From assembly GCA_950097015.1 (NCBI GenBank), contig CATNEN010000039.1:2604001-2668000 (forward strand): DNA of 64,000 nt, written 5' to 3'. A program made the position numbers and the translations under genes. This DNA is from Macrostomum hystrix. Lineage: Eukaryota; Animalia; Platyhelminthes. The notes under the pieces were generated by a model. It saw nothing but the letters and a program-made list of their open reading frames with translations, was not told where the DNA came from and made no database searches. This document shows positions 51,601 through 64,000 of this stretch, one piece after another. The first letter of the stretch is position 1, and every line of letters begins with the position of its first letter.

Positions 51601-54600
51601 TGCAGCGGCCTCGGGACGGCAGCCGCGTCCGTCAGCAAGACTGAGCTGTCCCTGGCGATTGTCACGAGCAGGGAAAACAGCATCTGCGAGACTTCTGGCT
51701 GCGCAACCGTCAGGTTCAGCCCGACCAGATCAACTGGTGGGTCGATGTCTGAAAAAACAGAAACCCCTTAATTGTGTGTCTCCTTCCTTGCTTTCAAATT
51801 TAATCTGCAACAGCGTTTCAACCGTTCCTTCACTCTCCTCCCTTCACTCTAATCCTTCACTCTCCTCCCTTCACTCTCCTCCCTTCACTCTCATCCCATC
51901 ACTCTCCTTCCTTGACTCTCATCCCTTCACTCTCCTTCCTTGACTCTCATCCCTTCACTCTCCTTCCTTGACTCTCATCCCATCACTCTCCTTCCTTGAC
52001 TCTCCTCCCTTCACTCTCCTCCCTTCACTCTCATCCCATCACTCTCCTTCCTTGACTCTCATCCCTTCACTCTCCTTCCTTGACTCTCATCCCATCACTC
52101 TCCTTCCTTGACTCTCCTCCCTTCACTCTCCTCCCTTCACTCTCCTCCCTTCACTCTCATCCCATCACTCTCCTTCCTTGACTCTCATCCCATCACTCTC
52201 CTTCCTTGACTCTCATCCCATCACTCTCCTTCCTTGACTCTCCTCCCTTCACTCTCCTCACTCAACTCTCAATCCAGAACTTCCATTTTCTCCCTGACCA
52301 GTATATCTCGCGTCAATGCTCAATGATTGCTACTATGAGTAGCGCAGGTCAGTGGGGACAGAAAACTCACGCAGACTGTGATTGAAGATTGCCATTGGGC
52401 TGGAAACCAAGGTCAGGTCGCTGACTGGAAATTAAAATGAAAGTGTCAGTTTAGGCAGATAATATGTAAGGTCGTAGCAAGCAATAACACAGCTCCGTCT
52501 TCAGGGACCATTTTAATAAGGCCCAAAAAGAAAGTACTCGCAATGGAAGCCGTTTTTTATATTAATTACTTTTTTCCCTTTGAAGAAGGGAAGTCTAGCA
52601 GACTGTCATTGTAGCGATATTGCAATAACCTCAACTTCTACCATCATCTCCAGCCCGACGGAACAGGAGTCGAAGCAAACGAAGGAAGCATTCAAGAAGA
52701 CGCATTAATAAAATTTTTGATAAACAAAAAATATGAGAAAATAGGCCAAAAGATTTCCAAGCACTTGTACGAGCGTAGCATTTTAATGCGAATCCAAGCC
52801 ATGTGCTTGAATGGGAAAGTTTGGCATAAGACCTTAGTTAGGAAATGGGAAGACAATTGGTAAGAGGAAGAGTAAAAGGAAGGGGAAGAAAAAAGGGAAG
52901 AGGGGAGGCAAGAGGATTGGGAGAGAAATGGGAAAAGGAAGCGGCAGGGGAAGAGGAAGAGGAAGGGGAAGAGGAAGGGGAAGAGGGAGGGGAAGAGGAA
53001 GGGGAAGAGGAAGCGGAAGAGGAAGGGGAAGAGGAAGGGAAGAAGGGGGAGAGGAAGGGGAAGAGGAAGGGGAAGAGGGAGGGGAAGAGGAAGGGGAAGA
53101 GGGAGGGGAAGAGGAAGGGGAAGAGGAAGGGGAAGAGGGAGGGGAAGAGTGAGGGGAAGAGGAAGGGGAAGAGGAAGAGGAGGAGGACGGGGTAAAGGAA
53201 TGGAAAAAGAAGGGGAAGAACATGAGGAAAACAAGGGGAACAGGAAGCGAAAGAGGAAAATGGGGGAGAAGAAGAAGGGGAAACGGAAGGAAAAGAACAA
53301 TTAGAAGAGGAAGAAGAAGGGGAAGAGGAAGGGGAAGAGGAAGGGGAAGAGGGAGGGGAAGAGGAAGGGGAAGGAAAGGTAAAAAGGAAGGGGAAACGGG
53401 AGGAGAAAGGAAAGAGGATTGCGAAGAGGAGGTAGAAGTGGTGTAAGCGCATAGGATTGGAATTACAAAGGCATGCCGGTAGGCATACCATTGAAATCCG
53501 TCGGAGCTGCCAGCTCGTTAGTGGCGGTCCTGCTCTCTCCGGCTGTTGACAGGACAGACCTGCGGAGGCGGCGTCTCCGTATGGCAGGGAAAGCCGGCCG
53601 GATGAATATGGATTGCTGCGAGTGGGTTGGGAGATGCACATTCTGATAAATAAAATCAGCAACTTCCTCACACCTGTGTCATCAGGTATCAACAAAAACA
53701 GCATCGAAATAACTGAAAACAGAAGCTTCCTTACGTTGGCTGTCACCATGGAAACCGGGTTGTAGGCAGTGACGCTGACGGAGTGCCAGCCGGCCGCCAG
53801 ATTCAGCTCGAGAGGTCGCCACGCGGCTGGCCGGCTCAGCCAGCGGCCATCGAGTCGAGCCGTGAGTCCGGTCAGCGAAGCTTCTCGTGGCTCCGGGTTG
53901 ATGGAAACAGCAGCGGAACTGTCAGCTGAATGACAGGTAAATTTGGGTCATTAGCTTAGCAATTTGAACAGGAACACGAACAGCAGTCGAAACATGAAAA
54001 TGAGCAGGTTGTGAGTCAAATGGTTGAGTAGTGTAAACAAGAAGAAAAGAACTCGAATGTCAAGAAAAATCAACGACAGAAGCAGAGACCCCGAGAATCT
54101 CCCAGTTGGGTCACCTCGATCGGCGGGCACAACGTCGACTGTGACGCCAGTGAGCGGCAGGTGGGCGGTGACCAGCGCCGGAGCAGCCAGCTGGCCGCAC
54201 CGTCGGTCATCAGGAGCCAGGTGGGCGGAGATGCTGTACCGGCCCTGCAGTGGCGCCGCGAAAGTCTGGACAGACGAACGACCTGCGGACCGACCGGGCA
54301 GTTGTTAGTGTGGACATTAGGCTTTGGTCTTTTCCAATGGGAGGACGAGAGAAGAGAGAGTAAAGCGAGAGAAAGCGAGAGAAGAGAGAGTAAAGCGAGA
54401 GAAAGCGAGAGAAGAGAGAGTAAAGCGAGAGAAAGCGAGAGAAGAGAGAGGAGAGCGAGAGAAGAGAGGAGAGCGAGAGAAGAGAGGAGGGCGAGAGAAG
54501 AGAGGAGGGCGAGAGAAGAGAGGGCGAGAGAACAGAGGGCGAGAGAACAGAGGAGGGCGAGAGAAGAGAGGGCGAGAGAACAGAGGGCGAGAGAACAGAG

Positions 54601-56189
54601 GGCGAGAGAACAGAGGGCGAGAGAACAGAGGGCGAGAGAACAGAGGGCGAGAGAACAGAGGGCGAGAGAAATAAGGGGAGAGGGGAGTGAGTGAAGGAAA
54701 GGGTACTGTAGTCCGGGTAATAATAATCTAAAGATAGCAGCAGAAAAACAAAGGGGTCTCAGCTTGTGTACTGCTGAAGGCAGTTGAGCGCCCGAATCAA
54801 TTGACCATGAATTTGATCGCAAAAGCCTAAGTACCACTTAGGCTTGCCATTAGCTTTTACTGTGCTCAAATGGTACCTGGTAAATAAGAGACACAAATTT
54901 AGCTAACATGGAGGAAAAAGCGGTGACTTTTTTCCAGCCAGTGTGTATCTAACAATAGAACATCTGTGTCTAACAGGTCTGTGTGTATCTAACAATGGAA
55001 CATCCGTGTCAAACAGGTCTGTGTGTATCTAACAATGGAACATCCGTGTCTAACAGGTCTGTGAGTATCTAAAAATGGAACATCCGTGTCTAGCAGGTCT
55101 GTGAGTATCTAACAATGTAGCATGCGTGTCTAACAGGTCCATGTGTATCTAACAATGGAACAACGTGTCTAGCAGGCGGATGATCCTGAAGGACGGGCAA
55201 GGGGCAGCAGCAGGCTCACCCGTGCTGATGTTCACCGCAACGAGCTGCTCGTCTGACGGCTCCCAGCTGGGCAGGAGTCGAGCCTCAATAGAGCCGCGGT
55301 GGCAGCCGGGCTCCTTTAGCAGACCGGGCAGTCGCGCCTTCAGCGAACAGTTGAAGGAGGCGCCGACGGCGACAGCAGACGGGCAGCTGACTGCGAAGCG
55401 GCCTCGGCCGGAGTTAAAGCGGCAGCAGCCGGCAGCGGCGATGTCAGGCGGGCGAAACTCCGGGCAAATCGACAGGCGTCTCAGGCGAGTCAGCGGCGGT
55501 CGGCAGCTGCAGAAGCTCGGCGAAGCTGTCGGCGAATTCGCCGGACAGAACTCGCCGACGTGGCTGAGAAGAGAGGATTAGAGGATTTCAGGGAGCTTTC
55601 TTTAAGTTGAGGCCTCTGAATAATGTCTGGAAGGCTGATAATAATAATTTTTAACTTATTTGCAGGAGGGCTCCGGGAAATGGCACATCATTTGGTAACA
55701 CTTGACGGCGAGGAGACATTTTGCTGACTTCTGAGCACACACACAGATACCGTATAAACAGGCATACACTCACACAGGTGTGACATCTCCCCTGACTTTC
55801 TCATCGCCGTTAAGCAGTGTACACTGTCACTGTGAGTCGGGGGTTGCCCGTCAAGAGCGCAAACTGCACGACAAGCCACCAAGCCTTCTCAGTGCGGCTG
55901 CGCCCGTAAAAAAGAAGCGGAATCGAGCTCAGATACCTTGGTGCGAGAGGCAAACGCGTTAACCGCTCTGCCATCCATTCCCCTCCTACACACCTGGAGC
56001 GAAATACATAATATAACTGTACATGCATGTCACTGGTTTTCCCGACTCAAACCTCTTCAGCCGATGACAGGTGGCAAGACAAGCGTCATAGTCGGGCAGC
56101 TCGGCGGCTGCCACAGCCAGGGTCCAGAGGGCAGCGGAGACCAGCAGCAGGCTTAGCCGCAGGGGCCGCCATGAGCTGTCGTCAGTCAT
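36655..56189 (-). CDS. Polycystin-1-like protein (PKD1L/REJ family): signal peptide, PKD repeats, REJ, GAIN/GPS, PLAT, TOP, multi-TM channel-like region; roughly 23 exons
   Basis: Signal peptide [18 protein letters not shown] at 56189; PKD motifs VSFGDGS and WIVDYGDRT; REJ-like [28 protein letters not shown]; [19 protein letters not shown]...CKCNHLTDF (~40810-40620); [17 protein letters not shown]...RLWHDNTG; [24 protein letters not shown]; [13 protein letters not shown] and WIDGGTRAV; last exons 37402-37139 and 36791-36655. The connection of the 5' exons is less certain. Confidence 0.9.
36927..37120 (+). mobile_element. SINE family 1 copy (internally deleted) in the last PKD1L intron
   Basis: A box TGGCAGAGCGG, degenerate B box, GTACACTGCCTGACGATGA block. 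Confidence 0.8.
37415..37515 (-). mobile_element. SINE family 2 fragment
   Basis: Minus strand CTTCTGAC...GGAGTTCGAACCTGAACCCAATGGGA resembles the 10645 and 48815 copies. Confidence 0.45.
42285..42531 (-). mobile_element. SINE family 1 copy, intronic
   Basis: Reverse complement matches the head and body (GGCTTGTCGTGCAATTTAAGCCCTTGAGGGCCAACCTCC). Confidence 0.82.
43212..43438 (+). mobile_element. SINE family 1 copy, degenerate, intronic
   Basis: Retains GATTGTACACTGCCTGACGATGAG-GTCAGGGCAGATGTACA. Confidence 0.7.
44352..44725 (+). mobile_element. Full-length tRNA-derived SINE (family 1) with TSD
   Basis: A box TGGCAGAGCGG, B box GTACGATTCC, (ATT)-rich tail; flanked by TTAACACGTTT (44340-44350) and TTAAAACGTTT (44726-44736). 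Confidence 0.88.
48815..48963 (-). mobile_element. SINE family 2 copy / tRNA-like pseudogene head
   Basis: Minus strand TAGCC...GGACTTCTGACC...GGGAGTTCGAATCTC (tRNA-like) followed by non-tRNA body. Confidence 0.55.
50978..51315. repeat. Degenerate 14-15-bp intronic repeat (GGGGATCTRAGTGT)n
   Basis: PKD1L intron. Confidence 0.88.
51828..52268. repeat. 14-bp-based CT-rich intronic repeat (CACTCTCCTCCCTT / GACTCTCATCCCAT)n
   Basis: PKD1L intron. Confidence 0.92.
52862..53430. repeat. GA-rich 12-bp low-complexity repeat (GAGGAAGGGGAA)n
   Basis: PKD1L intron. Confidence 0.9.
54346..54670. repeat. GA-rich intronic repeat (AGAGGGCGAGAGAAC and related units)
   Basis: PKD1L intron. Confidence 0.9.
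54941..55174. repeat. 40-bp tandem repeat, ~6 copies
   Basis: GTGTGTATCTAACAAT-type starts at 54941, 54981, 55021, 55061, 55101, 55141. Confidence 0.92.
55635..55983 (-). mobile_element. SINE family 1 copy, near full-length, in the first PKD1L intron
   Basis: Reverse complement has TGGCAGAGCGGTTAACGCGTTTGCCTCTCGCACCAAGG, the body, ATGATGTGCCATT and an (ATT)n tail. Confidence 0.85.
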
Positions 56190-56539
56190 TGTTGACAGTC
56201 TATTATCAATCCAACGAATATAGAATGCGAATTATGGCAGAGAAGACAAGGCCAGAAGCTTGGCAGGTCTGACTAATCTGGGCCTACTAGGCGGCCTTGT
56301 CTTATTAAATTCCAGTTACCCGCTTTTGTTTCTTGTTTTCCTTAACAACCATGCAGTCACCAAGGCCGCACGATTGGGGGAGGCTGTGTTGGGACTTAGC
56401 GCCGATAAGCATGGCTGGAGGGGGAGCAGCGAGTTGCTATTGGCCCAGCTCTGTGGCACTGGGACTGATGTAATTCGCTACTCTGATGCTTGCAATGCAT
56501 AGCTGCCAGACGACAGATGGGAGAGGCGTGGAAAGATTA

Positions 56540-57400
56540 AAGAGAAGAGGAGAGCGAGAAGCGGGATGAGGAGAGGGAGAAGCGGGATGAGGAGAGGGAG
56601 AAGCGGGATGAAGAGAGGGAGAAGCGGGATGAGGAGAGGGAGAAGCGGGATGAGGAGAGGGAGAAGCGGGATGAGGAGAGGGAGAAGCGGGATGAGGAGA
56701 GGGAGAAGCGGGATGAGGAGAGGGAGAAGCGGGATGAGGAGAGGAAGAAGCGGGAAAAGGAAAGGGAGAAGCGGGATGAGGAGAGGGAGAAGCGGGATGA
56801 GGAGAGGAAGAAGCGGGAAAAGGAAAGGGAGAAGCGGGAAAAGGAAAGGGAGAAGCGGGAAAAGGAAAGGGAGAAGCGGGAAAAGGAAAGGGAGAAGAGG
56901 GAAAAGGAAAGGGAGAAGAGGGAAAAGGAAAGGGAGAAGCGGGAAAAGGAAAGGGAGAAGCGGGAAAAGGAAAGGGAGAAGCGGGAAAAGGAAAGGGAGA
57001 AGAGGGAAAAGGAAAGGGAGAAGCGGGAAAAGGAAAGGGAGAAGAGGGAAGAGAAGAGGGAGAAGCGGGATGAGGAAAGGGAGAATAGGGGAGAGAAGAG
57101 AAAGAAGAGAGAAGAGAGGGATGAGAAAAGAGAGAAGAGGGAAGAGGAGAGGGAGAAGCGGGATGAGGAGAGGGAGAAGCGGGAAAAGGAAAGGGAGAAG
57201 AGGGAAAAGGAAAGGGAGAAGAGGGAAGAGAAGAGGGAGAAGCGGGATGAGAAAAGAGAGAAGAGGGAAGAGGAGAGGGAGAAGCGGGATGAGGAGAGGG
57301 AGAAGCGGGAAAAGGAAAGGGAGAAGAGGGAAAAGGAAAGGGAGAAGCGGGATGAGGAGAGGGAGAAGAAAGGAGAGGAGAGGGAGAAGAGGGAAGAGTA
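56540..57400. repeat. 21-bp purine-rich minisatellite (GGGAGAAGCGGGATGAGGAGA)n
   Basis: 21-bp period; intergenic between the EP400-like 3' end and the PKD1L start. Confidence 0.93.
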
Positions 57401-58519
57401 ATGGGTAGAATAGAGATGAAAAAGGGAGAGGAACTTAGGCTACTGAGAAATCAACATGTTTAAGAAAGTGAAGTCTAATAGGCCGATGGTGACAACGAAT
57501 TGTTTTTGAGCTGCCAGTATAAAAGTGCGGAAACATTCTTACTAGTTATACCGTTATCGAGGGCACAATTATTGGATAATTTATTAACTGTCGTGCATAA
57601 GCATTTGAACAACAATTCAGCACAAGTATGGCATCAGCAGCAGCAGCAGTAATGCAAAAACACAGAAAGTTGAACACAAATTTACAGCTTAATTAGTGAG
57701 AACAAGCAGTGCGACCAAGTGCATTATTTATAAGAAACGCATAAACAAACAGTAAACAATTTTAAACTAATTCCGAGCCAAACATTCACATTGACTGGTT
57801 AATAGCAGGTACCTTCATTGTGTTAATGCGATAGCAATGCATCGATTTACAACAGATATTAACAGGTAAATTGAATTAAGCAAATTTAAATACACAATGC
57901 CATTTTGGTTCCTAGCCAGGGTTTGATTTAGAAGTTCTCAATGTGACAGGCTGACTTGAAGGTCTGTAGGAAGCTAGGCTTACACTCTAAACATGAAGCA
58001 CCAGATGAAGGATGAAGGATGAAGGATCAACATGGAAGTTAACAAAGATAACTCCTAGCGCGAGGCACCCGGACATGATGTAGTGAGTAATAGTGAGTAA
58101 AGGGCCAATCACTTGATTATGAATTATAGCTGCTCAGAAACTGCCGAGTCAAGATAATGTTGGCAGTGCAGTCAGTCAATTAGTGAAGTCGATTCAGCCA
58201 GGTAGAACTCGTAAAAAACTAACAGAAACTGAATTTAAAGAAAAACAGACACAACGCCAGTGTGCAGAAAAAAACAATGCTTTAGCTGTGACAGACAAAC
58301 TGTTCCAGGACCTGCAACTGCCAGTACGAAGGCATCTAGGCTAATCTAGCAGCATTAACTTTCAAATCCTAAATTTGTACGAGTACTTACTAATTACTAA
58401 GAATTACAAAACCTAGAATGCAAGTCAAGTCCTGAGAGTCAGGCATTAGTCTGGTGTTAGTTGGGACTCCAGCGACAGTCAGTGGCATACATCTTATTAT
58501 GAAGGTGCAGGTGCTATTA

Positions 58520-61327
58520 TCATTGACCCGCATCGTCTGCGCTGTCAAGATCAACCGGAGGCAGTGAGTGCTGAGGCTGCGGCACGGCAGCCGGAGTGAT
58601 AGAAAAGGATGGAAAACTGCTGGCAGCGGACGAAGAGGCTGCTGCAGCAGAGGCGGCCGCGGCGGCGGCAGAACCGGGCGGAATCAGGCTGATGCTGGCA
58701 GCCGGAGTCGGCTTCGCGGCCGATATGATGATTGGCTGTTGCGAGATGGAGTCGGCCGATTTCAAATCGGGGATCTGGCGCACTGTGACAGTCGTGGTGC
58801 CCTGCAGGATGACGTGACGCCCGCCGCCGGCACTTCCTACGCTGCCACCGCCAAAGAAGCTGGTTGGAGCCGCCGAGGCCAGGATCTGCTGTTGCTGGGC
58901 TGACACGGTTGCGGCGCCAGAGACGCTGGGTCCCTGGAGGCGGGCGCGCGGCAAGGTCGTGACCAGGGTAGTCGGAACGGTCGGAGCGCCGCCGACACTA
59001 CCCAGAATGCTGGACCGCGGTCCTGAATGAATTTCAACAGTAGCCGAGTGGTTTCAAAGAATTCTCACTTGTCTTAAATAATGTTGTACTGGCTTCACCA
59101 CTTAGCCACTAAATCATCATTAGGATTGATGATTTGGGCTATGGGCGACTGTTTAATTCGTTTTGCTCTGAGAACTCACCGAGAGTTCGCACGAATGCCG
59201 CGGGCTGGTTCGGGTTCAGCCGGCCGACCCCGCCAGCTGAAGACGGAAAGGCGTACGCACCGCCGGGTCGACGAAGTCCACCGACGCCGCCGAGACTCAG
59301 CATTGAGGCCGGCTGAGTTGTTGTAGTCGGCAAAGGCGGCGGTGCTAGAGCCGACTGCGACTGTGACAGAGGCAGCGGCTGCGGTGGAGGGCGAAGCAAA
59401 GTGCTGCTGCTGCCGGAGGCGGAGGCGCCACCAAGGCCGGCGGTGAGGAAGCGAGCTGCGGCCGCAACTGGCGGCTTCCCGCCAGATGTCGAAGCGGACG
59501 AGTTTGACGCTGCGGCGACAGCGCCAGTGGTGGCTGCCCGGAAAGGACCTCCGCCGCTGCGTTGAAAACCAAGAACTGAGCTGGCACTGCCGGGCACCAG
59601 GATGCTGGACTTCGAGCTGGCTGCTGACACTGACGATATCGGCAGCTGTGAAGCAGAAGCGGGAAAATAATGAGTCATTAATAAATTAACTAATGTAGAA
59701 CCTAAATTATGACCAGAGCTCAATGGGATTTGGGCTGTATGCTCAAAAGATTAACTCCGAATCAAATTGTAGGCAACATTCAACTCACATGAGACTGAGT
59801 CCCTCCCGGTCCGATGGTTGTCAGACCGACTTGGCCGGTCATGCGCAGCTTCTGCAGCTGCTGCTGATGCAGCGGCTGAATTTGCTGCTGCTGCTGCTGT
59901 TGTTGCTGGGATGGCAACGTCGACTGCTCCGGCCCGACGTCGGCGGTGATGGCGGTGGCGGTCGGGTGAGCCTTGCGCCGCTCCTCGGCCTGTCGGATGA
60001 TGTGGGCCGGACTGACGATTGTGTCCAGCTTGATGCCCTCCTCCTGCAGCAGCTGCAGGTGCTGGGTGTTTTTGAACAGTGTCACCCCGGTGGCAGTGGC
60101 CGACGCTGACGAGGCTGCAGCAGCCGGTCGAGGCCTGTTCAACCCGATGGCCGGGCCGCCTTTCCGACCGCCACCGCCGGAGCCGCTGCTCAGGCCGCAG
60201 CGCAGAAGGCTCCGCATTGCCTGACCTTTTGAGTCCACCGATTGGCTCAGCTGTGCGGCGGACTCAGCAGCGTTAAGCCGCGACCGAAGGATGCCACGCT
60301 TGAGACGGCTGCGCGCGGCTTTTTTGGCTGCGGCGGCTGCAGCCACAGCGGCCGCCTGCGAACCACCTCCGGAAGTTAAAGAAGACGCACCTAAACCATC
60401 GGCTGAGACTGGCAGCTGTTGCGATGAAACGTCGCCGGAGTTGGCGGCTGCGGCTGCTGTGCCGTCGTCCATGACGCTGCTGGCCAGGTGGTCGATATGT
60501 GCGTGAATGTGAAATTTGCCGCGGTAGGAGCGAGACCGAACGAAGTTGTTCACATAGTACTCGGCCAGGTCCCAGTTGGGTATCTGAGTGGTGAAGCGGG
60601 GCTCGTAGGAAAGAGCAGTCTCCAGGTACATCTCCTGAAAGCGCTCGATGCTCTGAATGATGCCCAGCTGCTCGTGGGCGCTCCACTTTGGCTGCTGATC
60701 TAAGTCAGTGCCGTTCGGATTGTCGTAGTTGCTGTAGCCGGGCCGAGACAGAACCTGCTGGTGTCCCGGGCCGACATTCACGCCGCCGAGCCCGACTACA
60801 CCACCGGGGCCACCCACTCCTGGCCGCTGAATAAGTGACCGCTTCGGCTTCGCGTAGGACAGCGACAGGCTCTCGCGATGGAACAGGGACTTGGGAATCT
60901 GCAGCTTACCGCCGTGATGTCTGTAATGACTTCCAGTGCCAGCTGCAATCTCTGTACCGGCGGCGGCGGCTGCGACAGCTGGCGGGTGCTCCTCTTTGAG
61001 TCGAAGCGGCTGCAGGACGCCAGCAGCGGAAGCTGCCGTTGAGGCAGCTGCAGCTGCCGCTCTGGCAGAGCGACCACCGGCACCACCACGAGCTTTGACA
61101 ACCGCACCGCCAACGCGCCTCCGCCAGCCGGGTGGTGGCGGCTCCTGCAGGCGGAAGCCACCGCCGGGGCCAACTGAGGCTGGAGCTCCGGGCCGATGAG
61201 GGACCTCACGCGGTGCCACCGCCGGCGGCATTTCTTCGTCTCGCAGCGGCTGGTCCAGGTAGTAGAGCTGGCTGATGATCGGGTCCACGTAGTGGTCGTT
61301 CTCCTTCAGCTCGAGCGGGTGCCAGAT
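58520..61327 (-). CDS. EP400: C-terminal three exons (~835 aa) of an EP400/domino-like chromatin remodeller; HSA and SNF2 ATPase exons not in window
   Basis: Exons 61327-59789, 59645-59180, 59022-58520 (2508 nt). IWHP...ENDHYVDP...LYYLDQPLRDEEMPP, IPKSLF, SANT-like PKWSAHEQLGIIQSI...IPNWDLAEYYVN, QHLQLLQEEGIKLD..SPAHI and a poly-Q tail parallel the p400/domino post-ATPase region. Confidence 0.72.
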
Positions 61328-62679
61328 CTGTTACCGGATGGGAGTGAGGCAAAACTATCGCTTAGAAACAACAATAAAAATGCAATACAACTTCAAGGGC
61401 AATCTCATCACAGCATAATTTAGAAATTTTCATAACAAAAAACAATTCTGAAGCCAGTCGAGAAGATTCAGTAGCAGCAGACGTCTGTAGAGACAAATAC
61501 ATTTTCGAAAGCATCGAGACGGAAAGACAAAAAATTAAAACCCTTTGAAGTCCCCATAGTAACAGAGGACAGATGCAAAAACAAGAGTCAGTATACAAGA
61601 GCCCGCCCAAAGCCAAATACGCTTGTCGACCAGTGACACCTGCGACAATTCTCACAAAGCAAATGTAAGCGAAGCGGATCAACAAATGGAAAACACACGA
61701 GCAGGTGAGGTGGAGGTTGACCGGGAGGCTCAGCTATGTGATGAGTTGCATAGAAAAGTTATGGCTAAAACTAAGTCGTCACCCCCAGCCCCAAAGAGAT
61801 CAATCGCTCGTGACTGCCATCCTCTTTGCTTTGCTGATTAGTTCTTCATAGCAACAGCTATTTACAATACAGTATCCACGATTCCACATGGATAAGAGCT
61901 GAGTAGTCTACAGTTTTCACGACACAACAAAAAAATAACGTTTTTAACGGTTTCATCTCCAACCGCAGGGCCAAAAACTACCACCAACACCTGCTCTCAG
62001 GTGTTGTCCTTAAAGTGCCAACCAATGGCTTCATAGACATAATCAATCTACCACAACCAATAAGATAAACATAAAATTCACTTTACGAGTACTGAATATC
62101 CATTTTTTAATCCAAAAGTCTGAGACTAACAATGTGACGAACATAGCATAGCTGATAGTTAAATAATAAAAGATTGCATGTATTTCAATAGCACTGTACA
62201 TCGACAAATAATTCAATGATGTGCGTCATAACTAAAATGCTAGGTTAGAGTCGAATGCAGCGCGCCGAAACTGTTCCCAACAGCTTTTTGACGGCTGGAC
62301 TGAAGACAGGTTACGCAATTTATCAACAGAAAGCGCCCTACAAAGAAGCATCCATATGGAAGCATCATAAAAATATTTACGAATTACGAAGAGATAAATA
62401 CTGCAGCAACAAATAGTCCGAAATTTTGTTACGAGCGCCCGTAAGTTGCGACGAAGTGGGGATCAATGGACGCGAGGATCACAGTATGCGTTAAGTCAGT
62501 GCGACGGGTGACTGGTGTACATTGATTGCCAGCATAAGAAACTGCCGGCCGGGTTGAAACAATCCATTGCTTTGGCCATGACGCTTTTGTTTTACGAGTA
62601 TTGAACAGAAATGCCCATTTTGGCTTTGGGATATTACTGCAGCAGAGAAGGACAAGGGATTAAAGAAGGAACGCCGGTG

Positions 62680-64000
<1,321 letters not shown>

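Noticed and set aside
56566-57408. Protamine-like Arg/Gly/Lys ORF (280 aa)
   Set aside because: Translation of a purine-rich 21-bp minisatellite; no independent evidence of a gene, though expression was not testable.

Overview
Eukaryotic (metazoan) genomic DNA with GC-rich exons, GT-AG introns and many minisatellites. The style suggests a free-living flatworm such as Macrostomum, but this is inference only. Nine protein-coding loci can be reconstructed by hand: an SGSM-type RUN-PH-TBC RabGAP (-, 14 exons); a small orphan thioredoxin-fold-like gene (+); a TRPM-type channel whose N-terminus is six ankyrin repeats instead of the MHR1/2 domain (-); an intronless Na,K-ATPase beta-like gene (+); intronless IQCH (+); ENT4/SLC29A4 (+); a ~19.5-kb polycystin-1-like gene (-); the C-terminal exons only of an EP400/domino homologue (-); and a frameshifted beta-tubulin at the window end (-). 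About 25 different tandem arrays sit mostly in introns. There are also two or three tRNA-derived SINE families and one MITE. Best leads: the ankyrin-TRPM chimera, the transcription-oriented minisatellites sharing a GGAT/ATCC core, and the EP400 fragment lying just downstream of beta-tubulin (nested gene, trans-spliced unit, or assembly artefact). Most long ORFs in the supplied track over repeats are spurious. Exon coordinates were read by eye.
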